A DNA stretch of 64,000 nucleotides from Octopus sinensis (GCF_006345805.1 NW_021833027.1:32867-96866), one strand, 5' to 3'. Shown: positions 36,737 through 52,109, counted from the stretch's first letter. Notes: a model not told the origin generated them from the letters alone. Made by a program: numbers and translations.

Positions 36737-38600
36737 ATGAGTATATATATATACACACATTTAAAAAGGGATCTATCTAGAAGCAGTAACACCCCCCCAC
36801 CCCACCTCCACCGTCGCCTCTTGTTCGTTGTACTTGCTCCTACTACTACTACTACTACTACTACCACTACTACTCTTGCTTCGATCAGTCGCCACCGTCA
36901 CCGCCTCCATCGACACCATAAATACAACATCCCCACCACCACCACCACCGCCACTACTACTATAACTACTACGAGTATTTACTACGATTGCCGATGCGCC
37001 TCCCACTATATTGCCGCCGCCGTCGACGACGCCGCCGCCATCACCATCACCATCACCATCACTACGAAACAGCCATTGATTCTGCAACAGCTAATACTAC
37101 TACAAACAACACAACTACCCCTGCTGTTACTACTAATACTACTACAAATACTACAATTGTTACTATCACCAGACACCATCATCATCATCATCATCATCAT
37201 CATCACAATAGTCGCATTAAACGCTACTACTGTTTTATCATTTGGCTAATAAATATCGAACCCCTGTGTGTGTGGTCGTTCCGCGCCGCGCTAAAAATAG
37301 CAGTCATTAATCACTTAAAATCACACCCTACTGTCTGATGAGACTTTTGTAAGAAAAAAAAAAAAAAAAGGCGCAGTGGAACAAAAGGGAAGGTCCTAGG
37401 ATCCCCCTTCCACACTTAGATATAGATATATATATAGGGGACAGGAGAAAGGACGGGATGGGCACGGCAGGAATGATTTGGATCAGGACTGACCTGGTGG
37501 ATGTTAGTAGTGGTGGCGGTGGTGATGGGGGTGGGTGAGACAGGGTGGGTGGGGGGTTAAACAACGACGCCAACACCACACTACATGTGTTAATATCATC
37601 ATCACCATCATCATCATCATCATCGTCACTACTACTACTACTACTACTACTACTGTCGATTGCCAGCATTTCCCGCCGCAACCACTACCACTACTACTAC
37701 GACGACTACTACTACTACTACTACACTACCTCTACTGCTGCTGCTGCTGCTGCAATAATTGCTATCACCGTTACCATCACCATCATTATCACATTAGTCG
37801 GATGTCAATATTTCCCGCCACTATCGCCGTCGACACCACCACCACCACCACCACCACTACCATCATCATCATCATCACAATAACCCAATGTCAATATTTA
37901 CAACCGCTATCACCACCACCACCACTACCACAACCACCACCACCGTTGCTGCTACAATTGCCACTATGACTACCACAATGACGACAACCACCACCACCAC
38001 CATCATCACCACTACTACTACTTTCACCTCATCATCACCATCACCATCACCAGCAATGGTCCAGTGTCAATAGTTACTGCTGCCCTCTCTACTACTACTA
38101 CTACTACTACTACCACTACAACCGCCTACGACCACCACCACCACCACCTCCAAACAGCTTTACGCTTGCTATCACCCACCCTACTACTACAACACATACT
38201 ACCATGAATTAACGATCCACTCTCAGCAAATATTTACATTTACTACTACTACTTCTACTACTACTACTACCACCACCCATTACAACTAAAGCAATCATCA
38301 TCAGTAGTAGTAGCGTAGTAGTAGTAGTAGTGCAGTGGTAGTGGTGGTGGTGGTGGTGGTGGTTGTGGTAGTAGTATCAGTAGTAGTAGTAGTAGTAGTA
38401 GTAGTAACAGTAGTAGCAGCAATAACAACTGTATTGGTTATACAATGTCACGGTCATTGCTACACCTACTAGCAATAGTAATGTTGATAGCTACTATCAT
38501 CATCAAAATTCATCGCCATCATCATCAGCTTCATTGCAAACATTATTATTATCATTATTTATCATCATCATCATCATCATTAACTAGCAACAGATACAAT
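36600..38600. repeat. Dense field of trinucleotide microsatellites (CAT, CAC, TAC, TAG, TGC)
   Basis: Direct inspection. Confidence 0.9.
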
Positions 38601-38926
38601 AATATTAGGGGGATTGTTTTTTTGTTGTTTTTGTTGATTTTTTTCCTTTTTTTGTCATCTAACTGCAAAATGAGGAAGACACTAAACGGACAGCTGACCT
38701 ACTAGAAATAGTAGCCAAATTGCTCTCAACTCATCCCCCCCACACACACATCATACATACGCTTGAATAACAGGCAATAGCAGCATCAACAGGTGAGGGG
38801 ACACAATTTAGGAGGATGTCGTCCTGGATGCTTTCTTAACAAAACGGGATGTCGCGGTTGGTTACAAGGGTTGGATTGACGCCAAATCGATAGACATGTT
38901 ACTACTATCATCATCATCATCATCAT

Positions 38927-39298
38927 CGCTATCATTAAGTATGACCACAACCATCATCATCATCATCATTGTTATCATTAAGTATAACCACCACCACTAC
39001 CACCATCATCATCATCATCATTGCTATCATTAAGTATAACCACCACCACTACCACCATCATCATCATCATCATTGCTATCATTAAGTATAACCACCACCA
39101 CTACCACCACCACCATCATCATTGCTATCACTAAGTATAACCACCACAACCACCACCACCACCATCATCATTGCTATCACTAAGTATAACCACCACAACC
39201 ACCACCACCACCATCATCATTGCTATCACTAAGTATAACCACCATCACTACCACCATCATCATCATCATCATTGCTATCATTAAGTATAACCACAACC

Positions 39299-39330
<32 letters not shown>

Positions 39331-39349
39331 TGCTATCATTAATTATAAA

Positions 39350-39350
<1 letters not shown>
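38927..39350. repeat. Compound minisatellite: 21 bp core ttgctatcattaagtataacc plus variable (CAC)(CAT) spacer, 9 copies
   Basis: Cores near 38927, 38969, 39021, 39073, 39122, 39171, 39220, 39272 and 39330. Confidence 0.9.
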
Positions 39351-39381
<31 letters not shown>

Positions 39382-40836
39382 TCATCTCTGTGGCTGTCAT
39401 CAGTCAACACAAGAAGAATTACTATTATCGAATTTAGCGCTCCCCCCCTATCCCCATTACCATAAACACCCATCACCAAGAGCGTAATAATAAAAATGAA
39501 AATAATAACAATATTAATAATAATTAATAATAATGATGATAATAATAATAATAAGTCGCCATGCCTCGAAACATCAGCATAATTAATTAAGGAACCACCA
39601 CCATCATCATCATCATAATCAATATTACCACCACCACCACACCACCACCACCACCACCACCCTTGCCACAGCCGAACATGTAAAGTACATTATATATATG
39701 CCGTGTCCCATTGTGTCCCGTAAGCTAGCTGTTCGATACTGATCGATAGAATTTAGTACCAGGCTGGAATATGTACGGGGGGAATCGATACTGATATGAT
39801 TAAACTAACCGTCGAAGGCGGTGCCCCAGCACAGCCACGTCTCTGCGTATTGCTATCGATATATCCAGCAGAAATTTTATTAAATGATATCTATCTAATT
39901 ATACGCACAAGCACACATATATATACACACACGCACATATACATATATATATATATAATATATTATATATGCACACACATGTATACATACATGTATCTAT
40001 ATATGCACACACATATACATGAATGTATATATGCACACACATATATACATACATATGTTCACACACACATATATACATATATATTCACACACACACATAT
40101 ACATACACATATTCAAACACACACATATATATATATATACATATACACACATATATATGGATGTATATACATATACACACATACATATATACATACATAT
40201 ACACATATATATATACACACACACATATGTATATAAATACACACACACACATATGTATATAAATACACACACACACATATATATATATACACAAACACAC
40301 ATATATACACACGCATATATACACTACACACACGCGTACATATGTAGTATTTTAGTACAACCGCATTACTACTTAGTAGTAACACGGGTAACACAAATAG
40401 TATGACACCACCACTACCATCATACCAGCATTAGTACCACCATCGCCACCATCATCGCTATAGGCAACAGCAATCGACACCACCACCACCACCACCGCCA
40501 CAACCATCCACCACGAACACATAAAGTACACATGTACGCATACATTATAGATGAATACAATACTACAAGCGCTGTCACATCACTAATACTACTACTACTA
40601 TTATTACTATCACCACCACCACCACCACCACCACCACCACCATCACACCGTCATCATCATCATCATCATCATCAATACTTAGTGCTACCGCCAACAAACA
40701 ACTGCTATGTATACAAGCAATGGCGCCACCGCCGCAATCATACCTTGAACTTGTGTGTACACTACTGCACATAAATGTAGGCTCGACATCGGAGTTTCCT
40801 AATGAAAAGATCGTCAGAGATAATACAGGGAGGGTA

Positions 40837-40870
<34 letters not shown>

Positions 40871-41151
40871 TATATATACAGTGGGAGAGTTGCATAATGA
40901 AGGTGGGGAAAAGAAAAGATGGGAGGGGCGGAGGTTTTTTTTGACACTGCACTATTCCATGCAGATGCAGAAGGCTCCCCTGAGTTATCTTATATCAAAC
41001 CATATTGTGTACACACATGTAATGTATCCGTACATATGTATAAATGTGTATATAACACTGCTTACACTACAGTAGTACAAGATAGGGCATGCTCGTATTT
41101 TCGTGTAATTTGCGTGTGTGGTGAGATAGGTAGACAGACAGACAGACAGAC

Positions 41152-41199
<48 letters not shown>

Positions 41200-41343
41200 G
41201 TTATTGCTGCTGCTACTACTACTACTACTACTACTACATTACTAAGGCTACATGCAACACTGTCGTTGTTATGGGTTATTAAGATGTCACTAGAGGTTTA
41301 GTTCGGTTAACATGCATGTGTATAGTGTATATATCTATACGGG

Positions 41344-41354
<11 letters not shown>

Positions 41355-41378
<24 letters not shown>

Positions 41379-42474
41379 AAATAAATGCATGTATATAAAT
41401 AGATGCTTAAATGTAAGGTGTGGTGTTAATTAGTAGCAGGTGCGTCAAAATGTTTTGTATGCATGCGTATATATATATATATATTTCTTTACTACCCACA
41501 AGGGGCTAAACACAGAGTGGACAAACAAGGACAGACAAACGGATTAAGTCGATTACATCAACCCCAGTGCGTAACTGGTACTTAATTTATCGACCCCGAA
41601 AGGATGAAAGGCAAAGTCGACCTCGGCGGAATTTGAACCCAGAACGTATATATATATATATATATGCATACGTGTGTGTGTGTATATATATGTATTTATG
41701 TTCGTGAAAACAACTAAGATGTCTACAGTGGCTCTATAGTAGCTGCGGTATGCATTAACATGTATGTTTCTAGATGCACTTTGCAATCTGCAGTTCATTG
41801 TGTGTGCACTTGTGATTAATATGTGCATGCATATGTGTGTGCCAACAGAGAAGAAATCTGTAATAGAGCAGTTTAATGTATGTTTGTCTTCGAAAGGCAG
41901 TTTCAAAATAGCAGTTAAAATACACGCACACACACACGTGTGTGTATGTTGCATGCATGCATGTATGTAATGTATGTATGTACGTATAGTGAAAAATGTC
42001 AAATAGTGGTTCACTGTATGTATGGCTACATGCATATATCTAAATGCACTTTATAAAAATGGGTGTGTACGTGTGTGTGTGTATTTAAATGTATGCTCTT
42101 TGTAATAACAGTTCAAACTACACAAGTGCGTGCTACACGTACACATCACACTCACACACAACACATATATATATAGACACAGACACGCACTGCGCGCGCG
42201 CGATATAGTAGTCGCGCATGTTTATGTGTTTTGACTGTGTAAGCAGTCCACTGTTACGCGTGTATGTAGGAGCAGATTGTATCAGTGTCTATCGTAAACA
42301 CACACACAATACATACATACACAATACATACACACAATGCATACATATAAACACATACACACAATGCATAAATACATATAAACACATAGATACATACATA
42401 CGTACACACATAAATACATACATACATACATACATACATACATACGTACATACATACATACACATACGCATACA

Positions 42475-42508
<34 letters not shown>

Positions 42509-44655
42509 CATGCATACATACATACGTACATACATACATAGACATACGCATACATACATACATACATACATATATACATGCATACATACATACATACATA
42601 CATATAAACACACACATGTAAATATATAATGTATGTATGTATATGTATATATATGTGTGTGTGGGAGCGTATTGTGGTCGATGAACCAAGGGTCAGCCCT
42701 GATACAGTAAATCCTATGATCAAAATAGTTCCAGCCGGGACCATCCCATCTTTCAGTATATTTAAGACTACTGCATTGCCCCAATGTGACTTTCCTTCGG
42801 TTTTTTAATATGGCAAAGGTAGAATTAAAGGGAGATTTAAATGTTATGTTAAACAGTAACCACCATGCGAGTCTGTTTGGCTTACATAGCAGTCCGCCAT
42901 GTGTGTCTGTTTATATATATATATATAAAACAGTTGGTAATGTATGTGTATTTTGTTAAAACAGTAGTACTATATGTGTATGTTGGTCTGTTTATTTGTG
43001 TGTGTGTGTGTGTGTGTGTAAATAAATGCATGTATATAAATAGATGCTTAATGTAAGGTGTGTTGTGTTAATTAGTAGCAGGTGCGTCAAAATGTTTTGT
43101 ATGCATGCGTATATATATATATATATTTCTTTACTACCCACAAGGGGCTAAACACAGAGTGGACAAACAAGGACAGACCACGGATTAAGTCGGATTACAT
43201 CACCCCAGTGCGTAACTGGTACTTAATTTATCGACCCCGAAAGGATGAAAGGCACAAAGTCGACCGGCGGAATTTGACCCAGAACGTATATATATATATA
43301 TTATGCATACGTGGTGTGTGTGTATATATGTATGAATGTTCGTGAAAACAACTAAGATGTCTACAGTGGCTCTATAGTAGCTGCGGATGCATTAAATGTA
43401 TGTTTCTAGATGCACTTTGCAATCTGCAGTTCATTGTGTGTGCACTTGTGATTAATCGTGCATGCATATGTGTGTGCCAACAGAGAGAAGAGATCTGGCA
43501 GTAGAGCAGTTTAATGTATGTTGTCTTCGAAAGGCAGTTTCAAAATAGCAGTAAAATACACGCACACACACACGTGTGTGTATGTTGCATGCATGCATGT
43601 ATGTAATGTATGTATGTACGTATAGTGAAAAATGTCAAATAGTGGTTCACTGTATGTATGGCTCAATGCATATATCTAAATGCACTTATAAAAATGGGTG
43701 TGTACGTGTGGTGGTGTATTTAAATGTATGCTCTTTGTAATAACAGTTCAAACTACACAAGTGCGTGCTACACGTACACTTCACACAAACACACAATATA
43801 TATATAGACACACGACACGCACTGCGCGCGGCGCGATATAGTAGTCGCGCATGTATGTGTGTTTTGACTGTGTAAGCAGTCCACTGTACGCGTGTATGTA
43901 GGAGCAGATTGTATCAGTGTCTATCGTAAACAACCACAACACAATACATACATACACGATACATAACCACAATGCATACATATAAAACATTACACACAAT
44001 GCATAAATACATATAAACATACAGATATACATACATACGTACACACAACAATACTATACATAACATACATACATACATACATAAGTAAATACATACATAC
44101 ACATACGCATAACATACATACATACATACATACATACATACATACATACATGCATACATACATACGTACATACATACATAGAACATACGCATACATTACA
44201 TACATACATACACTTATACATGCATACATTACATACATACATACATATAAACACACACATGTAATATATAATGTATGTATGTATATGGATATATTAGGTG
44301 GTGTGTGGGAGCGTATTGGGTCGATGAACCAAGGGTCAGCCCTGATACAGTAAATCCTATGATCAAAATAGTTCCAGCGGGACCATCCCATCTTTCAGTA
44401 TATTTAAGACTACTGCATTGCCCCAATGTGACTTTCCTTCGGTTTTTTGTAATATGGCAAAGGTAGATTTAAAGGGAGATTTAAATGTTATGTTAAACAG
44501 TACCCCCACATGCGAGTCTGTTTGGCTTACATAGCAGTCCGCCATGTGTGTCTGTTTATATATATATATATAAAACAGTTGGTAATGTATGTGTATTTTG
44601 TTAAAACAGTAGTACTATATGTGTATGTTGTCTGTTTATTTGTGTGTGTGTGTGT
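41355..44655. repeat. About 1.64 kb tandem duplication (41355-43010 and 43010-44655); the second copy is indel-rich
   Basis: aataaatgcatgtatataaatagatgc occurs at 41380 and 43021 (offset 1641). The copies are colinear through a SINE B copy, unique sequence and a (TACA)n tract. Confidence 0.92.
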
Positions 44656-44878
44656 CGTTTGTGGAGGTGGGGGTGTTCGAGCACTCCGCCATGCATAAAT
44701 TGCAGCCATGTAGCAGTTTTGCTACATGTGTGTATACGTTTTGTTTTGACTACATGGCAATGTTTTGAAAATCGTGGCGAAAATATGTCTGCGCTACGAG
44801 CAAAGTGTGCATATAAAATCGCAAAAATGATATATGTACGCATTTTTACAACATAACCACTCTGTTGTAATACCGTAC

Positions 44879-44909
<31 letters not shown>

Positions 44910-44921
44910 TATATATATATA

Positions 44922-45046
44922 CAGGGTGTCCCAAAAAATGTATACACATAGTGGTTCGGCAAAAGAGAACGATAGAATAAGTACTAGGCTTACAAAGAAT
45001 AAAAAATTTACAATTATTTAAGGTGTGTATACATTTTTGGGACACC

Positions 45047-45049
<3 letters not shown>
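44922..45049. mobile_element. Tc1/mariner-type MITE containing a SINE A fragment
   Basis: TIRs cagggtgtcccaaaaaatgtatacac / gtgtatacatttttgggacaccctg in a (TA)n context. The interior tagtggttcggcaaaagagaacgatagaataagtactaggcttacaaagaataa matches SINE A. Confidence 0.75.
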
Positions 45050-45085
<36 letters not shown>

Positions 45086-45774
45086 GGTATATACAACATA
45101 GTGATTATGTATATATATATATATAATATATATAATATATATAATATATAGATAGCCAAAGAAATCATACGCATGTTTATATACATGCACACGAGCGGTT
45201 GGTGTTGTTATATAGTGGCATGTAATGTATGTGTTTAAGTATGTATATATATGTATATATTACGTGTGTGTGTATGTTTGAATTGATAATATAACGATGC
45301 AATATATATATACATAGTGTGTGTGTATGTGTATCAACTCCATTGCAGTCGACAACGTGTATGTATGTATGTATGTATGTATGATGTACGGTTGCCATGT
45401 GAGTGTGCGCTTTAACTATATAGCAGTCAGCCATCTGAGGTGACTGGGTGTGCATATATAGATGGCAGAGTGACATGTACGCATGAATGTGTATATATGC
45501 ATGGGGGCTTTTGAGCTTTGTAGCAGTCTCTAATGTATTCTGTGTGTGTGTGTATTTTTACTATATAGCTCTGTCATAGTAGTAGTAGAAGTAGTAATGG
45601 TGGTGGTGCCCCCAAGCGCACCTGTTTTGAGTGTGTAGCGATCTAACTGTACGTATCAGTGTGTTTATGTATCTGTATTATGAAGAGAGACGGATTGACA
45701 GATAGATGGATATATGTCTGTGTATGTATACGTGCGTATGTGTGTGTGTAGCTCGACAGAGAAATAGAGAGAGA

Positions 45775-46270
45775 CAGACAGGGAAATAGAGAGAGACGTG
45801 TACACAGAGACACATAGAGAGAGAGAGAGGGAAGGAGAGACAGACAGATACAGAGGGAAATAGAGAGCTAGAGAGAGACGTGTACACAGAGACACGTAGA
45901 GAGAGAGAGAGGAAGGAGAGACATAACATACAGAGGGAAATAGAGAGCTAGAGAGAGACGTGTACACAGAGACACGTATAGAGAGAGAGAGAGGGGGAAG
46001 GAGAGACAGACAGATACAGAGGGAAATAGAGAGCTAGAGAGAGACGTGTACACAGAGACACGTAGAGAGAGAGAGAGAGGGAAGGAGAGACAGACAGATA
46101 CAGAGGGAAATAGAGAGCTAGAGAGAGACGTGTACACAGAGACACGTAGAGAGAGAGAGAGAGAGAGGGAAGGAGAGACAGACAGATACATAGGGAAATA
46201 GAGAGCTAGAGAGAGACGTGTACACAGAGGCACGTAGAGAGAGAGGGAGGGAGAGACAGACAGAGAGAGA
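45775..46270. repeat. GA-rich minisatellite, about 82-86 bp unit, 6 copies
   Basis: gagagacgtgtacacagagacacg...gggaaatagagagcta repeated. Confidence 0.9.
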
Positions 46271-46469
46271 AAGACAGAGACAAAAAAGTACTCTGACCAT
46301 ATAGCAGTGCGCGCGGTTTTTTTTTTTTGTTGTTTTTGTTTTCGCGTGTGTGTGTATGTATTGACTATGGAACCGACTGCTGTACAATGTACGAGTGAGG
46401 GAGGGGCAAGCGTGTATTTTGACTATACAACAGGCAAGGGCTGATGTACATGTGTGAGTGTGTATGTAT

Positions 46470-46623
46470 ATTATGACTATACTATACAACAGACGTGCTG
46501 TGTGTGACTATGTGTTTTGTCTATACAACAGACTGCCTGCCTCTGACTACATATGTTTTGACTGTACAGCCGACTGCTGTGCATGTGTGTGTATATTTAC
46601 TATACAACCGACTGCTGTGCATG

Positions 46624-46654
<31 letters not shown>

Positions 46655-46870
46655 TATATTTACTATACAGCAGACCGTTGTGCATTTGTGTGTATTTGTA
46701 TATAGCAGTTTTGCTGTACATGTATTTTCGCTACAAAAACTGCTGTGTGTGTATGTTAATATATTCTACAAGAAGTCTTACTGCATATGTTTGTGTATAT
46801 GTGTATAGCAGATTGCTAGCATGCGAGTGTATATATTTACTATACAGCAGGTTGTTATGTATGTGTGTTT
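46470..46870. repeat. Degenerate minisatellite (tttactatacagcagactgctgtgcatgtgtgt-like)
   Basis: Recurring actatacag/aac..ctgctgtg motifs at roughly 40 bp spacing. Confidence 0.65.
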
Positions 46871-47002
46871 AGTAGTTGTCCTGACATATATAACAAAATA
46901 ATATATAAACATATGCATATATACATACATGTATATATGCATACCTACATCTATATGTATATATACATGCATATATGGGTACAGGACACCAAGAAACGTT
47001 AT

Positions 47003-47046
<44 letters not shown>

Positions 47047-47127
47047 CAACAATTGAGGGTAAAATTAATTAATTATTATCAATTTCACCAAGTATTCAGT
47101 ATGTAAGGGACCATTTAAGGCGAATTC

Positions 47128-47253
47128 AAATTATTACATTATATAAAAGGGCTTAGTAAAATAATTATAAAGGGCTTAGTAAATGAATTACTTTGCCACA
47201 GTAATGGCAAAGTAATTTATTTTACTAAGCCCTTTTATATAATGTAATAATTT
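47128..47253. repeat. AT-rich fold-back palindrome
   Basis: aaattattacattatataaaagggcttagtaaaataa / ttattttactaagcccttttatataatgtaataattt (37 bp arms), plus the inner hairpin aattactttgcca-cagtaa-tggcaaagtaatt. Confidence 0.8.
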
Positions 47254-47276
47254 ATATATATATATATATATTTATA

Positions 47277-47308
<32 letters not shown>

Positions 47309-47602
47309 CGATATCAGTAATGACAAATGCTTGTACTTATAATAAATCGTGTGAATTTATACATACATGTGTGTGTGTGTGTACATATATGTGTATATGT
47401 ATGTGCGTTGAGAATATAGTGTTGTTCATAGTGTACGCATGAGTTGACTGTATGTGTGTTAATTATATAGCAATATTTTGCGTATATATATGTGTGCGTG
47501 CCAACCATGTCCGAGTGCCTGTGTATTGATTATATAGTTATGTCGAGAATGTGGACATATATAAATATATATACACACACGATACTAAGAGTACTATGCT
47601 GC

Positions 47603-47641
<39 letters not shown>

Positions 47642-48901
47642 CTATATATATACAATAAGACAATCAATACTTCTTCTTTCATTATACTATATATACTATA
47701 TATACTATCTTTTACTATATATTCTACATTAATATTATAAAGAATATAAATAAAATAGAAAAACAGGCAGAGTTGTAATTTCTTTGAATAATATATATCC
47801 CTCTATACACAATCATACACACCCCTTTATATATATATATATATGTTTATATCGCGCGTGTTAATTATATAGTAGTAAGTCGTATAGTAAATGTACTAAC
47901 TATATACAGGCGTGTATATTGATTAAATAGCTATGTCATGGATCTGTGTGTTGACAATAATATATATACGTAGGTGTATGTTAATTGTATAGTAGTACGT
48001 TGCGTATACATGTGTCTGTTAAGACGTGTTGATTTTTATAGTAGTATGCCGCGTGTATATACACAGTTACTGTGAACTACTATTTAGATGTACTTATATA
48101 TTGGTTGTGTAGAATGTCATATGTATGTATGTATGTATATATGTAGGATTTCGTGCGCGTGTATATATGTTAAGTAGGCTGTTGCGTATGCGTGTATGTT
48201 ATGTAGTATGTTTATATAAATTCATAAATTTATATACGTGTGTGTGTTGATTACAATATAGTTGTATGTACATGTCAATGTTGATAATTAATAAGTAAGA
48301 ATATCAAATGTGTGTATATATGTATGTATGTAAATTTCATAGCAGTGTGTGTGATAAGAGGTGTGTATGTCTTGACAACGTAGGCGTGCCATGTGTGCGT
48401 TTAGTAATAATCGTGTTTGCATATATAACAGTTAGCTATATGTATGTATGTATACATTGATGTATGTATGTATGTATGTATGTAGGTGTTCGTGCATGTA
48501 TATATGTGTGCATGTATGTATGTATATATGTCTTTATGTTTATCTTTTATCTTTTACTTGTTTCAGTCATTAGACTGTGGCCATGCAGGGGCACCACCTG
48601 TATCTATAATTACATATGAATGTATTATATACATACGTACACTCATTCATTGAAACACACACACACATATATATATATATAACACAGGCATACAGAAATA
48701 CGTTTTATACTGCTACCATTATATACACACACTGTCAATACATGCATACACGATAAACTACTATATCGTCAACACATACTCACATATGCATACACACACA
48801 TTAATATCTATATATATATATATATATAGTAGGTCCCAGGTTGATCCGGGGTTACCCACAGTAAGTAAGGTACTCACTACTATAGAGTAAAATTAATTTA
48901 T

Positions 48902-48988
48902 TATATAGAAGGAGCTTCTACAGGACTAGTACTGTTTCAAAGATTTCCTTGAATGAAACTACTAGTCCTGTAGAAGCCCTTCTATATA
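48902..48988. repeat. Fold-back palindrome
   Basis: tatatagaaggagcttctacaggactagta ... tactagtcctgtagaagcccttctatata. Confidence 0.8.
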
Positions 48989-49994
48989 TAAATATATATA
49001 TATATATATGATATATATACATATACACTCACGCACACTGTTACTGTAGTACAAATACTAGTCTCGAACAAATGTATGCATGCATAAATATACATATGTA
49101 TAGATGTATGTACGCAAGAATGCAGGTCTGTATATATGCATGTATGTATATAATGTATATATGCATGTATGTATATAATGTATATATGTATGTATGCATC
49201 TATGAACGTATGTATGCATGAAAATGTAGAAGTAGTCCACAATGTGTATGTGCCTTTGCGTGTATGTATGTATGTATATGATACTATCATATCGTGTATG
49301 TATATGAGTGGTTGTGTATATATGTGTGAGTGGATGCGTATATGTGTACATCACAAACTAACTATATACGTATAATTGTTAATGGTAGTTGTCATATTGA
49401 GTTGTGTGTTGTGTATGCGATTGTATACACCGTAGTAGTCTGCCGTGCGTATATTGATCGTATTATTGTATATGGTAAAGTCAAGTGCGTGTGGGACCCG
49501 TAGTAGTTCTGCCATGTGTATATTTTTAACACGACAGTGTTCCGTTCTATAAATATTTTTATCCCATGGTTTTCATGCGTGTATGTGTAGGTGTTGTGTG
49601 TGGTGTGTGTGTGTGTGTAGGTGTCATTGTAGCAGTTTGATTGATGTATGCACATTCATAATATCCAGTATTTAATATTGTCATCAACATTCGTATATCA
49701 AGAATATATATATAACTTCGTATATTCATACCAAGATCTAATTATTTATGTCTATCTATATATAAACACACACACACGTGTATTATATATATATATTATA
49801 TTATATATATATATCTAATATATAATATATATATATATATATATAATATACATATATAAACACACACATAATGACTATATATCATCCCCACCCCACCTTC
49901 TCTCTCTTTGTATGAGTATATATATATATATATTATATATATAACACACACACACAGAAACAAACACACATCACCGTTTATAAGGTACATTTAC

Positions 49995-50025
<31 letters not shown>

Positions 50026-50138
50026 AACACACACCTACTATAATAATAGCTGCTTAAGGTGCATATACATTTTAACAGCTTGATGCGTGTATATAAGTGA
50101 CTTAACATAGGCTAAGTAGTATATGTGTGTGTATATAG

Positions 50139-50177
<39 letters not shown>

Positions 50178-51060
50178 AATATGTGTATGTATATATATAT
50201 AAATGTGTATGTGTGCAAACTGTATGTATATCCCATTTATAAAAAAATGTTATATGTATACACTCACTGTGTCTAGATAAATTTTTTCTTGTTTTTGAGT
50301 ATATATAATCTGCACGTCATATTGCTGTGAATGCATGTCTATATACAGATATATATAAACTAGAAAATAGTGTAGAAGATATATATATATATATATATGG
50401 TATCTGTAAAGAATTGTGGTGTGTATATACATTTCCAGGATGGCAGTGTGTGTCCATGTCTACACACCAATATGGAATCTATATATTTAGACTGGATGGC
50501 CATGTGGTATGTATACATACATGTTGTCTTCATAGTCTGGCTTGCCTATATATTGACAATAGAGTACATTGTATATACAGTGTGAGTATGTGTATAATTA
50601 TCTCCATAGACATGTCATGGTGTGTATAGTTAACATTCTAATTTGGTGTGTATATAGTTTATACAGCAGTAATGTGTGTGTATATATAGTCACTAGTTCA
50701 GATATGGATGTTATTCATGCCATCAACAAAGTGGGTGTATGTATGTGCAAGGAAGTATGTGCACATGTGGTTATATACTAATGTGGTGTGTATAATATAT
50801 CTGTGCATGTGTATATATTATTTACACATATTGTAAGTATGTGCATTATGCATGTATGGAGGTCTGTCAAAAATAACCAGAAATATATGGCTTCAACAGT
50901 AGCCTATTATACACACAGAAACTGTATAATATATATATATATATATATATATAGGGTAAGTTTCCTCAACTAGGAAACCTATTAAGGAGGTGCTCCAGCA
51001 TGGCTGCAGTCAAATGGCTAAAACAAGTTAAAGAATAAAAAAAAGAATATATATATATAT

Positions 51061-51400
51061 AGGCACAGGAGTGGCTGTGTGGTAAAAAGCCTGCTTCCCA
51101 ACCACATGGTTCTGGGTTCAGTCCCACTGCATGGCACCTTGGGCAAGTATCTTCAACTATAGCTTCAGGCCGACCAAAGCCTTGTGAGTGGAGTTGGTCC
51201 ACGGAAACTGAAAGAAGCCCATTATGTGTGTATGTGTGTGTGTGTGTGTCTTGTGTTTGTCACCACCCACCATTGCTTCACAACCGATGTTGCTGTGTTT
51301 ATGTCCCAGTAACTTAGGGGGTTGATTAGTTCAACTAAAGGCAGCAGTGCTCCAGCATGGCTGCAGTCAAATGACTGAATCAAGAAAAAGAATAAAAGAA
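51061..51400 (+). mobile_element. SINE family A copy
   Basis: ggcacaggagtggctgtgtggt...ccttgggcaagtatcttc...gctccagcatggctgcagtcaaatgactgaa. Confidence 0.85.
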
Positions 51401-51429
51401 TATATATGCACACACACACATACATGTAG

Positions 51430-51467
<38 letters not shown>

Positions 51468-51982
51468 ATGTATATACACACACATATACATACAATCACA
51501 CAGACATGCTTTATATTGCCCCAGCATGGCAGCTGTCCGATAACTGCAACAAGTAAAAAGACAAACATACACACACATATTTTGTATGGATGCATACAAA
51601 TACATATGTACACACACAAACATTCACATATACATATATTATAAAACACACATACACATATTACAGTTTATATAGATGCATACAAAATACATACACACAC
51701 ACATACATACATAGTACTATGAATGTATATGTATATATGCATATATATATATGTGTGTGTTTCTAATCTTTATAGTAGCCAAGTAAAAATATATCTCTGT
51801 CTACACTCTCTTATTTTGTCTGCAGTTGCATGCACTTGATAGGTCTTATTTATAGCTTGTTGGTCTTTGGAACCGGTTTAGTGTGCAGGCCTGTGTGTAA
51901 CTGCAAACACATGTCGTATGTCTGTGCGGTTTTGTGTTTGAATGCATATAGGCGTACCTAATCAATATGTACGCACACATAA

Positions 51983-52014
<32 letters not shown>

Positions 52015-52029
52015 GTGCTTGAGTGTATA

Positions 52030-52050
52030 TTAGATAGATAGATAGATAAA

Positions 52051-52109
<59 letters not shown>

